The notes under the pieces were generated by a model. The model was not told the DNA's origin, did not search any database, and saw only the letters and a list, made by a program, of their open reading frames with translations. This document shows positions 7,891 through 16,932 of a stretch of 64,000 bases of DNA, in pieces; the stretch's first letter is position 1, and every line of letters starts with the position of its first letter. This DNA is from an uncultured virus (IMG/VR IMGVR_UViG_3300025126_000012) (lineage: Duplodnaviria > Heunggongvirae > Uroviricota > Caudoviricetes). Where the stretch lies: the IMG/VR virus record IMGVR_UViG_3300025126_000012; one strand, given 5' to 3'. The translations under genes and the position numbers were made by a program.

Positions 7891-8052
7891 GTGGACAAGA
7901 AATTTCATAAGAAACATTTTCAAGCCGAAGTAGAAGAAAAGTTAGCCAGGAAACAAAAGAAACAACGTTTGAATGAAATTCAGGAAGAAGAATCATTTGA
8001 TTGTGAGGAAGATGAGGAACTTTATTTTCAAGTGAAACATCTATTGAAATGA
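7891..8052 (+). CDS. Small charged hypothetical protein
   Basis: GTG at 7891; basic N-half and acidic C-half; lies between 59 and 32. Confidence 0.55.
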   Translation: MDKKFHKKHFQAEVEEKLARKQKKQRLNEIQEEESFDCEEDEELYFQVKHLLK

Positions 8053-8175
8053 ATTTTAGTTGTAATTAAAGACGTGAGGTGCTGTTACCTCCGAGTACAT
8101 TATGATATTGTGATTTTTTAACAGGTTGGCACGTATGACGATAAGTCGAGAAGCCGTTTAAATAAAGGAAATAAA

Positions 8176-9048
8176 ATGTCAAATTCAGCAATGAACAAAC
8201 TCCTAGCAGCAGTCCAAAAAGCAAAAACCAATTCTTCCTTTGATAGAACAGATGAATTCTTCTATTATCCAACTCGAGACGCCGCCGGTAATGGTTCAGC
8301 TGTTATCCGATTCCTACCTGCAGCTAACGAAGAAGATGTTCCATTTGTTAAGTTGTATACCCATGGTTTTCAAGGACCGAACGGTAAATGGTTGATTGAT
8401 AATTGCCTTACTTCAATCGATGAGGAATGCCCAGTATGTATTGAAAATGGTAAGTTATATGCTTCGATGTCGAAGGATGATGCTAGAAAGTACGGGATGA
8501 ATCGCAAAACATCATATATCGCTCGTATTCTTGTCATCGAAGATAAGAAGAACCAAGAGCACGAAGGTAAAGTATATCTTTACAAATTCGGCACAAAGGT
8601 ATTCGATATGATTGCAGATGCATTGCAACCAGTTGATGAGGACGATGCGAAATATAATGTATTTGGTGTAGAAGGCGATGAAAACAATTGGCCAAACTTC
8701 AAGCTTCGAATTCGTAAGGTAGATGGGCAGGTTAATTATGGAAAGTCAACGTTTGAAGCTGGCGGTGATATTGATGTCGATTTCATGGCGCAGTATACGG
8801 CAGAAAATGACCCACAGAAATTTATCCAGAAGGATCAATTTAAATCTGCTGATGCATTGCGAAAACGTCTTGCTTTTGTCTTGGTAAAAGCGCCTGAAGT
8901 AGATGATAGGGCAAATGAAGAAGTCGAGGATACACAAAAAGTAGTAAAAGAAGCAAAAGTAGCTACTAAGCGAGTTGAAGTATCAACAGATGATGATACA
9001 GATGATGTGATGAATCTGATTCGAAGTCTATCTGAAAAAGCGGATTAA
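8176..9048 (+). CDS. 32: Single-stranded DNA-binding protein gp32
   Basis: GNGSAVIRFLP, Zn ligands H(GF)...NC...CPVC, EGKVYLYKFG, acidic tail. Confidence 0.97.
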   Translation: MSNSAMNKLLAAVQKAKTNSSFDRTDEFFYYPTRDAAGNGSAVIRFLPAANEEDVPFVKLYTHGFQGPNGKWLIDNCLTSIDEECPVCIENGKLYASMSKDDARKYGMNRKTSYIARILVIEDKKNQEHEGKVYLYKFGTKVFDMIADALQPVDEDDAKYNVFGVEGDENNWPNFKLRIRKVDGQVNYGKSTFEAGGDIDVDFMAQYTAENDPQKFIQKDQFKSADALRKRLAFVLVKAPEVDDRANEEVEDTQKVVKEAKVATKRVEVSTDDDTDDVMNLIRSLSEKAD

Positions 9049-10844
9049 GCAAATTTAGCTCTCGTTTTCAAGAATAGTGAAATACTATTATCTTGATTTC
9101 GAGGGCTATCTTTTTGTCTGTTATTATCATTAGCGACAGTAGATATATTTTGGATGGTCTGTTGATTACTTTGAGTGATAGCAGAACCAACTGCCGCCGC
9201 TACTTCTTGTGCTTTGGCTGTATTTTTATTTTTCTCAATAATAGTAGATTGTTTATCTAATTCCTCAGCAGTATTTTTTGGTTGAGTTTCAAGTTTCTTG
9301 GCTGCTGCTGCTCTCGCTGCCCGCATCGCGGCTCGTTCAGCATCCCATTTCTTTTGAGATGCTTCGTCTCTATATAATTCGTCCTTGCCTTGAGCCACCC
9401 TCGATTTATTTAATTGAATTAATCGGGCAGTTGAGATGTGTTCCAAATCCATGGGAACAGGCTTAGCAGCATTTTCGGCATCGGTATCTGCTCCAGACAA
9501 AAAAGAAGTCACTTTACCGATTACACTATCGCCAGCGATGTTGCCATTTTCATCCAGTTCACCAATAGATTTTAATATACTTGTGCCAGCAGCATATCCA
9601 GCCGCACCAGCACCTGCAATCAATGCCGCTGGCACGGCTATTCTAGCAATTGAACCAACAATAGATTTTAATGCTGGTAAAAGTTTTGATGCTAATGCTC
9701 CTGATATTCCGGCAGATATTGTATCTATTAAAGAGGATTCCTCGCCAGTTCCCTTCAAATTCTTAATATCCTCATCTATCTGTACAAGGATTTCATAATT
9801 CTTTTTTGCCGCTTCTTTTGTACTTTCTATCAGTTCATCAGCTGATTCATCTTTTTCTTCCTCAAATACACTATCATTAGCAGCAAGATTCTTTTCTTCT
9901 ATCTTTATATTCGACTTTTGAGGTTGCCTGTACTTTGGGGTTGCCATTAATGGCAATTCTGACTCTTTTGTTGTGATATTATTTTTTGGAGGTACAGGAG
10001 TAGGTGCAACAACAGGCGTAGGAGTAGGGGCAACAACAGGAGGATTTTCCACAGCTTGGACATTTTTGGGTTGCTTTGGTGTAAGCAAGAATTTCATTAT
10101 AGAACTTAATCCTGACTTTGCCACAGTCAGAACATCATCCAACCCTTTGCCTGCTGGACTTAATGATGCTCTAAATCTTTCATTGGACATTACCTTCTTG
10201 TCCCATTGTACTTTTGTTTCTTTGATTGCCTTCAATAACCGAATTTCTTCCTCTGTGGCTAGATGCTTTTTATCTAATATTCTTTTTTCTTCAGAAAGAA
10301 TTAGAGCACGATATTTGTCGTCTTCTGCGAATCCCCTTTTATCAAGCACTAGCTGTTTATTCTCTGCGGTAGTCTTTGGAGTATTTGGGTCATAATATCT
10401 CGATTTAAATGTATCCAATATACCAGTTCTAGCGGTAGATGGTTTAATATCAATACCGAGTTGAGATGCAGATGCTCTCACATGCAATTTACCTAGTCCA
10501 CTTTTTACGGCACGCGCGGCCCCAGCCGATATTTTACCACCAGAGGTTACTGCTCCCTCTTCAATTAATAAATCCTGCATATCAGGGGCTAAGGTAGCAA
10601 TATGTTTACCTTTAACCGTGTGGAAATATGAATTTAAATAATTGTTAAACTCTGTTTTATTTGTCTTGAATAATATACGAAGTTCAGTCTCTTCGTCTTT
10701 TATCATGCCATTTACTTCAGCCGGCGTAGGTAGAGCATTAGTATTAGTAAGATGTCCGTCAACTATATTATATGCCATGACCTTAATCACAGCATCAAAT
10801 CGTTTCTTTTGTTTAACTAACGCGTTGTCCGATAAAATAGACAT
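9045..10844 (-). CDS. Probable tape measure / baseplate hub protein (gp29-like)
   Basis: 599 aa, helical and low-complexity with a Gly/Ala hydrophobic segment; downstream of gp26/gp51-like ORFs; stop overlaps the gp32 stop in TTAA. Confidence 0.6.
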   Translation of the reverse strand: MSILSDNALVKQKKRFDAVIKVMAYNIVDGHLTNTNALPTPAEVNGMIKDEETELRILFKTNKTEFNNYLNSYFHTVKGKHIATLAPDMQDLLIEEGAVTSGGKISAGAARAVKSGLGKLHVRASASQLGIDIKPSTARTGILDTFKSRYYDPNTPKTTAENKQLVLDKRGFAEDDKYRALILSEEKRILDKKHLATEEEIRLLKAIKETKVQWDKKVMSNERFRASLSPAGKGLDDVLTVAKSGLSSIMKFLLTPKQPKNVQAVENPPVVAPTPTPVVAPTPVPPKNNITTKESELPLMATPKYRQPQKSNIKIEEKNLAANDSVFEEEKDESADELIESTKEAAKKNYEILVQIDEDIKNLKGTGEESSLIDTISAGISGALASKLLPALKSIVGSIARIAVPAALIAGAGAAGYAAGTSILKSIGELDENGNIAGDSVIGKVTSFLSGADTDAENAAKPVPMDLEHISTARLIQLNKSRVAQGKDELYRDEASQKKWDAERAAMRAARAAAAKKLETQPKNTAEELDKQSTIIEKNKNTAKAQEVAAAVGSAITQSNQQTIQNISTVANDNNRQKDSPRNQDNSISLFLKTRAKFA

Positions 10845-10845
10845 T

Positions 10846-11004
10846 TCAATCCTCTTTTTCTTGTTTCTGTTTCAATAATCCAACATATATACTTCTTTCC
10901 CACGGCAACATATCTTCCAACTCTGCCAACGTGAAGTGTTTATTGTTGATAAGAGAGAAATTAAGTTTAAAATATTCTGCCAGCCCCTCTTCAGAGAGGC
11001 TCAA
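10846..11004 (-). CDS. gp51-like baseplate hub assembly ORF (52 aa, not in the ORF track; probably reached by -1 frameshift)
   Basis: LSLSEEGLAEYFKLNFSLINNKHFTLAELEDMLPWERSIYVGLLKQKQEKED*; ELE.M.PWER..Y motif; no early ATG or SD. Confidence 0.8.
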   Translation of the reverse strand: MSLSEEGLAEYFKLNFSLINNKHFTLAELEDMLPWERSIYVGLLKQKQEKED

Positions 11005-11684
11005 GCGAAAAAATTATCTATGCCTTCAATGTGAATTTTATTTTTATGTTCGCACTTGCATGTGTATTCTATATCTATAGTTAATATAGGGAAGTTCTTA
11101 TAGAATTGAGTCAATTTTACTAATTGACTATTCATCAAAGATTCAATCAATTCTATCCTTTCCTGTTCTGTATAATCGCTGGCATGTTTAACATTTTCCC
11201 CTTCAATTATAGTATCAAGTGACATAGCAATCGCTAGAATATCATCTCCTTCTTTTAACCGCAAAGAATCTTTTAAAGATGGCACCTTCATTGTCAACCA
11301 AATGTCTTTCATTATCTCAATAGGTTCAATCTTTAATTCACCAGCAACAAATGCAGTAGTTAAATCCATTAATAATGGAGTTTTTACTCCGCACTCCTCG
11401 CATATACCTTTAATATCGATGCCTTCTCCTATTGATTTGCATCTCAGTTGAAGAAACAAATATTCTGCATCTATTTTGTTTATGTTGTCTATTGATATTT
11501 TGCCGAACGTACAATTATTAAATATCTGGTTCATTGAGGTCAACATCATTTCAGTGTTTTGCTCTTCTTTAGCTAAAAGAAGAACTTTTTCTTCTTTCAC
11601 CGTAAAGGGCCTATATTTAACGACCGTTTTAGATATAGGTAGAGTGCAAATATATTCGGGTAGCATCATTTCAATTATTGCCAT
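11001..11684 (-). CDS. 26: Baseplate hub subunit / assembly chaperone, gp26-like
   Basis: LP...VKYRPFTVKEEKVLL, DAEYLFLQLRCKSIGE, CEECG, C-terminal IEGIDNFFA. Confidence 0.85.
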   Translation of the reverse strand: MAIIEMMLPEYICTLPISKTVVKYRPFTVKEEKVLLLAKEEQNTEMMLTSMNQIFNNCTFGKISIDNINKIDAEYLFLQLRCKSIGEGIDIKGICEECGVKTPLLMDLTTAFVAGELKIEPIEIMKDIWLTMKVPSLKDSLRLKEGDDILAIAMSLDTIIEGENVKHASDYTEQERIELIESLMNSQLVKLTQFYKNFPILTIDIEYTCKCEHKNKIHIEGIDNFFA

Positions 11685-11696
11685 TTTATATTCCTT

Positions 11697-12515
11697 TTAA
11701 AGTTTTGTTTCGCCTGTAAACCATTTTGGTATATTACTGATAGTGTCTTTTGCTTGATTTATAACACTTATGTCTGCATTAAATGGCCCTATTTTAAGTT
11801 TATTTTTAGATGTAATATCAGGTGCAATATTTCCTGATTTTCTTGCTGTCAATATATCTTCATATTTAACAGTTTCGTATACTAGTTCTACGGTAATTTC
11901 TTGGTGTCCTACATTCGATGCACCATAACTAACATTCAATACAGTTTTTATAAAACAATTTTCGAAAATGTAACTGTGAACTGGAGTAAAATTTTCATCT
12001 GTTACTATTAATTGCATGTTGAATTGCGCTTCTTCTTTATATTTAGGAGAATAAGAGGATTTATCAAACAACGATACTTTTGTTTTATGCATAAAGAACT
12101 TTTCTAATCTGTGCATTATATCCACATTGAATGTCATCCACATAGGGTCTTGTTCTAATTCTATTGGTATTTCATATTGCAGTCCATATATTTTAGCTTG
12201 TTGCGATTTGATTCTCCAGCCCGGCAATGTCACCTTGTTTAAATGGAACCCCATAGACATTATCTCCTCTAAGGAAGCACCATTAACCAATATATAACCA
12301 ATGTAATAATACCCCTTAGAAAGTCTGAACTGATCAGTTTTTAATTTTGCAGTGAACGATGATAATGAGAATGCATCATCATTTGGTGGGGTTGATTCAG
12401 CTACATTTTTTTTACCGAATACGTCATATGCATATTTAGATGCACCCAACAATAGAGCATTTCTAGGTTTTTTTAATTCCTCCAGCCCGTTAACTACGGT
12501 GTCTTTTATACTCAT
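11697..12515 (-). CDS. Tail-tube-fold protein (gp54-like tube initiator)
   Basis: KVTLPG...YG..YEIP, MTFNVD, ITVELVYE tube-fold pattern; position between gp2 and gp26. Confidence 0.6.
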   Translation of the reverse strand: MSIKDTVVNGLEELKKPRNALLLGASKYAYDVFGKKNVAESTPPNDDAFSLSSFTAKLKTDQFRLSKGYYYIGYILVNGASLEEIMSMGFHLNKVTLPGWRIKSQQAKIYGLQYEIPIELEQDPMWMTFNVDIMHRLEKFFMHKTKVSLFDKSSYSPKYKEEAQFNMQLIVTDENFTPVHSYIFENCFIKTVLNVSYGASNVGHQEITVELVYETVKYEDILTARKSGNIAPDITSKNKLKIGPFNADISVINQAKDTISNIPKWFTGETKL

Positions 12516-13084
12516 TTCTTACTCCAGACTTCTTCGTTTGAGGCACCCTTGAAACGACATAGAGGAAGCCATATCGTAAATTTCCATTCGTTTGGTGGGA
12601 TTATAATGAAGTTACTTTTTACCTGTTTGAATAAATATTTTTTGACACAATTAGAAACCTCGGAGAACTGAGATGCTGTTTTTAATGCCTGCCAACTGAA
12701 TGCTAGTTTAGTTTTAGATGATAAAGTATCATCTGTGCTATATACCATCAATTTTTCTAATAATGCTGCTCTTACTCTTGGGTGTAGATAATGTAAATTG
12801 AGTGCGGTGAATGAATCAGAATCTGTGTTAAAAGGAAGACTCATCGGGAATGTATCATAATAAGGAAGGGTATCTTTTCCCTTAGGAGAATAAAAGAAAC
12901 TTACCATATCACCCGGCACTACGTTTTTACTTTGATGTGCTTGATTGTCCCCCAGAAACTTCTGAGCGGACATTCCAGCTGCCGCATTTCTCACATTAGT
13001 TTCATACCACTGCCAAGATAGTTTCGATTCTTTCTTGGCATTAGCATGTACGGTATCTCTTAGGTTGCGCATTGGTTGCTTCAT
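12512..13084 (-). CDS. 2: DNA end protector gp2
   Basis: PG.M..F.Y.PK.KDTLPYYDTFP, LNLHYL.P..R. Confidence 0.92.
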   Translation of the reverse strand: MKQPMRNLRDTVHANAKKESKLSWQWYETNVRNAAAGMSAQKFLGDNQAHQSKNVVPGDMVSFFYSPKGKDTLPYYDTFPMSLPFNTDSDSFTALNLHYLHPRVRAALLEKLMVYSTDDTLSSKTKLAFSWQALKTASQFSEVSNCVKKYLFKQVKSNFIIIPPNEWKFTIWLPLCRFKGASNEEVWSKK

Positions 13085-13548
13085 TTTCCTGTCAAATCCA
13101 ATTCTTCTTCATATTCATTGGAAAAAGTGATGTCTTTAGGCAATTTGTCTTTCAACTTTGATATATCGAAGTCGCCTACATCGTACGACGCAGAAATATG
13201 AGGTTTAAATTCTGAAAAATCGTGAGTAGCATTATGTTCGTCCATCAATTGATTGTGTCTTTTTATTATGTCAGGTGATTTAAATTTTATCACAAGGCAA
13301 TTTTTACCAGATTTTGTCGGCCATATTTCTACTCCACTTATCTTTCCTTCATATTCTCTATCTGGTTCGGGAATATAATTTGGGAGAAATTTTCTACTGT
13401 ATAATAAAGTACAATGTAATTTATCAGTTGGTTCAAGATTAGGAACATGTAATTCTGTGCAAACATCGTGTAATGCTTTTGCATCTGAGTTTACTGGTTT
13501 CAATGCAGCATAAGTGCCTTTTTTTATATATTCTTTGAAACTTTTCAT
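13081..13548 (-). CDS. acb1: 2H phosphodiesterase, Acb1 / T4 57B-like anti-CBASS nuclease
   Basis: GTYAA, VPN...KLHCTLLYSR, ATHDF.EFKPHIS.SYDVG and EY.EELDL are colinear with T4 57B as recalled; two HxT/S motifs. Confidence 0.85.
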   Translation of the reverse strand: MKSFKEYIKKGTYAALKPVNSDAKALHDVCTELHVPNLEPTDKLHCTLLYSRKFLPNYIPEPDREYEGKISGVEIWPTKSGKNCLVIKFKSPDIIKRHNQLMDEHNATHDFSEFKPHISASYDVGDFDISKLKDKLPKDITFSNEYEEELDLTGK

Positions 13549-13985
13549 GGTTTAATGTGGTCTTCTGTTAGTATAAGAAATGTCATATTTTTAATTTTGC
13601 ACCAATGTTGCGCCGCGGCCCATTTTGCTTGATTTACTTCATACGTCATAATTTCAGTAATCATCCTAGGAGTAGATTTCTTCCTCTTTTTGGGTGGAAG
13701 CGTCTGTGCCTTGGGTTTAACTTCTACCAAATAATTATTAATACCCGTGCTTGATTTAGATACAACGACAAAATCTGGGAAATATCTATGTATTCTATTA
13801 TCTACTGGGCTCAGATATGGTATAACAATTTCTTCGGAAGACCATTCTAATATATCAGGATTATTATCGAAGAACAACATTGCTTTCTGTTCCCATCCTG
13901 ACCTTACCCATATTTGTGTTGGGTCACCTGCATATTTTTCAGGATGTTTTGGTGACCATCTATATGGTTTTGGAAATTTGCTCAT
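13545..13985 (-). CDS. 4: Head completion nuclease gp4
   Basis: PKHPEKYAGD, RSGWE, WSSEEIVIPY.SP.D.R.HRYFPDF, VEVKP..QT. Confidence 0.95.
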   Translation of the reverse strand: MSKFPKPYRWSPKHPEKYAGDPTQIWVRSGWEQKAMLFFDNNPDILEWSSEEIVIPYLSPVDNRIHRYFPDFVVVSKSSTGINNYLVEVKPKAQTLPPKKRKKSTPRMITEIMTYEVNQAKWAAAQHWCKIKNMTFLILTEDHIKP

Positions 13986-13994
13986 TCAACACTC

Positions 13995-14037
13995 AGTGAT
14001 AAATAGTAATTAATCATAATCAATTATATTTATCACT
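13995..14037. promoter_or_regulatory. Pair of face-to-face late promoters forming an inverted repeat
   Basis: AGTGATAAATA 13995-14005 and TATTTATCACT 14027-14037 between divergent gp4 and gp48. Confidence 0.8.
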
Positions 14038-14042
14038 AGTAT

Positions 14043-15137
14043 ATGGCATATAAAACGAGAGAAACTAAATTGGCAGAAACACAGAAACCAATATTAAATA
14101 GTAGAACATTTATACCAGACCAAACATATTCTACCATAGAATACCCACTTGGGCAGCTAGGTGGAGAACGGTATCCATATTATACTATATTTTATATAAA
14201 TGAAAACAGCAAGTCTAAATATATCAAAGACACAAGTACGTACGATGTAGAAGAAAAGAGGACTGGTGCTGCTGTATCTCAATCAATAAACAAGTCTTAT
14301 ATATCAGAAGCAATAAAAACTGGCACAAATGTTTTGATTGCTGGCGCAAATGTATTATCAGATGCATCGCAGGGTAGCCCACAACCATTTGGCAAAATTA
14401 AAAAATTAGATTCGGTTGAATTTACTACTGGTACTAAGAGAATAAAATCAGCAATATGTTTGCCAATGCCAGCTAAAGTTAGAGCAAATTATGATGCAGA
14501 TTACTCAGCATCAGAAGCAATTGGTGCGCTTGGTGCAACTATATTAGCTGCAATCAGTCCTGATGGAGATACTGCCGCAACAGCATTACAAGGACTTGCT
14601 CCTATAGCAGTAGAGCGTATAGCTAAACGTATATCACTTAAAATTCCTGGGTTAAGAGATAATGCGCGCGAACACGGAGATGATGCAGGTAAAATCGCAA
14701 AAAATATAATACAGAAGTTCACTGGTAAAGTTATTAATAGGAGACAAGAACAATTATTCAACAATATGAAATTCAGAAGTCATCAGTTTTCATATCTCTT
14801 TATACCAAGAAATGAACAAGAAAGTAAAAATATAACAAACATAATACGAGAATTTAAGTTACATATGCATCCAGAATTTGATGGTTCTGCTGGGGGGTCA
14901 TCGTTGCTTATAACACCAGCAGAATTCGATATAGAATTTATGCATAAAGATGAGGAGAATGTCGCATTAAGCAGAATAACAACATGCGCATTGCAGAGCA
15001 TAGATGTTAATTATACTCAGATAGGTGAATTTATAGCCTTTGAGGGCACAGATAATCCTGTTGCAATAGGATTAGATATGATTTTCGTAGAACTAGAACC
15101 ACTCACGAGAGAATTGATAGATAAAGGCGGCTACTAA
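14043..15137 (+). CDS. 48: Baseplate tail-tube cap gp48
   Basis: I.LPMP, N...EQLF....FR...F.Y.F.PRN..ES..I..II..FK, P.EFDI. Confidence 0.88.
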   Translation: MAYKTRETKLAETQKPILNSRTFIPDQTYSTIEYPLGQLGGERYPYYTIFYINENSKSKYIKDTSTYDVEEKRTGAAVSQSINKSYISEAIKTGTNVLIAGANVLSDASQGSPQPFGKIKKLDSVEFTTGTKRIKSAICLPMPAKVRANYDADYSASEAIGALGATILAAISPDGDTAATALQGLAPIAVERIAKRISLKIPGLRDNAREHGDDAGKIAKNIIQKFTGKVINRRQEQLFNNMKFRSHQFSYLFIPRNEQESKNITNIIREFKLHMHPEFDGSAGGSSLLITPAEFDIEFMHKDEENVALSRITTCALQSIDVNYTQIGEFIAFEGTDNPVAIGLDMIFVELEPLTRELIDKGGY

Positions 15138-15668
15138 ATGGCTTATTTCAAAGACTTTTCATTTATAAAATATGATTATACTATACCACAGGATGTAAAA
15201 CCTATCATTGATGTAGTGGTAGATTTGACACAACGAATCCAATTGAATATATCGGAAGAGGATTTGGCTAAATTGTGTGATGAATATATTGTCTCGGATA
15301 ATATAACACCAGAATCCATCGCAGCAAGAGTATATAACAACCCCTTTCTGCATTGGACTATACTCTATGTCAACAATATAACAGATTTATCTGCTGGTTG
15401 GCCAATGTCAGGAAATTTATTGCGCGATTTTATTACAAAAAAATATGGTGCAGGCAACGAAGACGCGACGCATCACTATGAAACACTGGAAGGGGTATGG
15501 ATTGACCCCGATTTCGCTATAGAGATATATGGTATAGCACCTAAAAATATCACTAATTACGACTTTGAATATAACATAAACGAATCGAAGAGACATATTA
15601 AAATAATCAAACCATCATATATAGCAAGATTTGTCCAGTCCTTTCAGGAAGCTAGCGTAAATGGATAA
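15138..15668 (+). CDS. 53: Baseplate wedge gp53
   Basis: MAYFKDF, LysM-like PE.IA.RVY....HW.IL..N.I.D, HHYET, NESKR.IKIIKP. Confidence 0.92.
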   Translation: MAYFKDFSFIKYDYTIPQDVKPIIDVVVDLTQRIQLNISEEDLAKLCDEYIVSDNITPESIAARVYNNPFLHWTILYVNNITDLSAGWPMSGNLLRDFITKKYGAGNEDATHHYETLEGVWIDPDFAIEIYGIAPKNITNYDFEYNINESKRHIKIIKPSYIARFVQSFQEASVNG

Positions 15669-16932
15669 ATCTTTAGGACCAGGCATACAACAAGCAGGTG
15701 ATGTAGAGATAGAAGCAGTATTCCTTATCGATACAAAATCGAATAGGAAAATCAATTTACTTGGCTCTATGGTAGATATGACCATATATGAGGACTTGTT
15801 TTCTCCTGTACTTACTGGATATTGTGCAGTCATCGAAACTCAAAATCTTATATCAACTCTCCCCATAGTAGGTGGAGAAATGTTATATATAGAATTCAGC
15901 ACTCCTACACTGAATACAATCAAAGCAGCATTTCAGATAACAAAGATTGGGATAAGAGAGCATCAGGATAAAAAGAATGCATACACATTAGATTTTATCT
16001 CGTATGAAGGCTACGCGGATGTACAAAAGAGGATAAGCAAAGCATATTCTGGTAATACCTCAGTACTTGTACAATCTATATTTAAAGATGAGTTTGGAAG
16101 TACGATATTGGATGCTGATGATTCGGATAATTTTATAAAATTCGTGTCTCCCTATTGGAGCCCGTTAAAAATTATAAATCACATAACATCTAGAGCTATA
16201 TTGCCTAACAACAAAATAATAACACCCAATTATCTTTTTTTCCAGACCACAGCAGGCCATAAATTTAAATCAATTAGTACATTGATGTCAGCTAAACCAA
16301 AAACAGAATTGTTCTTTGACAAAAATCCAGCAAGAAAACAACTCTCGCCAGGTAAATCACATAGAGATGTCGATAGAGAATACAAAACAATAAAAGAACT
16401 TACATTTGTCTCTTCTCAGGATTTTTTGAATAATATGATGAATGGTGCATATAATCATAGATTGTATGGTGCGGAAATATTTTCTAAAAACTTTAATATC
16501 AACACGTATTCATACACGAATGATTTTACGAAGACTATACATACTGATATTAATCCTCTTAATATATTACCAATAGCTAGAAATTCAGGACTTCATTCTA
16601 TACATCATGTATACAATAATCTGTTTAATGGAGTCATCGATAATTCGGCTGAGATTATAGCTAAACGTATATCTATGTTGGCACAATTGGAGACATGGAA
16701 AATTGATATAGTGGTGCATGGCAGAACCGATTATGAAGTAGGACAACTTGTTAATGTCTGGATAAATCAATTCAAGACAATTGACTCGAGTGACAAATAT
16801 ACAAATGATAAATTCGATAAAATATATAGTGGAAAATATTTAATAACAGCAATTCAACACAGATTCACTCAAGCTAGACATCAAATTAACATGCAATTAA
16901 TCAAGGACGCTGCTTTCAGCGAGATTAAATGA
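15661..16932 (+). CDS. Baseplate hub protein (gp27-like)
   Basis: IYEDLFSP.LTG, LPIVGGE, P.WSP, YLFFQT, YSGKYLITAI.H; lies between gp53 and gp5. Confidence 0.75.
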   Translation: MDKSLGPGIQQAGDVEIEAVFLIDTKSNRKINLLGSMVDMTIYEDLFSPVLTGYCAVIETQNLISTLPIVGGEMLYIEFSTPTLNTIKAAFQITKIGIREHQDKKNAYTLDFISYEGYADVQKRISKAYSGNTSVLVQSIFKDEFGSTILDADDSDNFIKFVSPYWSPLKIINHITSRAILPNNKIITPNYLFFQTTAGHKFKSISTLMSAKPKTELFFDKNPARKQLSPGKSHRDVDREYKTIKELTFVSSQDFLNNMMNGAYNHRLYGAEIFSKNFNINTYSYTNDFTKTIHTDINPLNILPIARNSGLHSIHHVYNNLFNGVIDNSAEIIAKRISMLAQLETWKIDIVVHGRTDYEVGQLVNVWINQFKTIDSSDKYTNDKFDKIYSGKYLITAIQHRFTQARHQINMQLIKDAAFSEIK

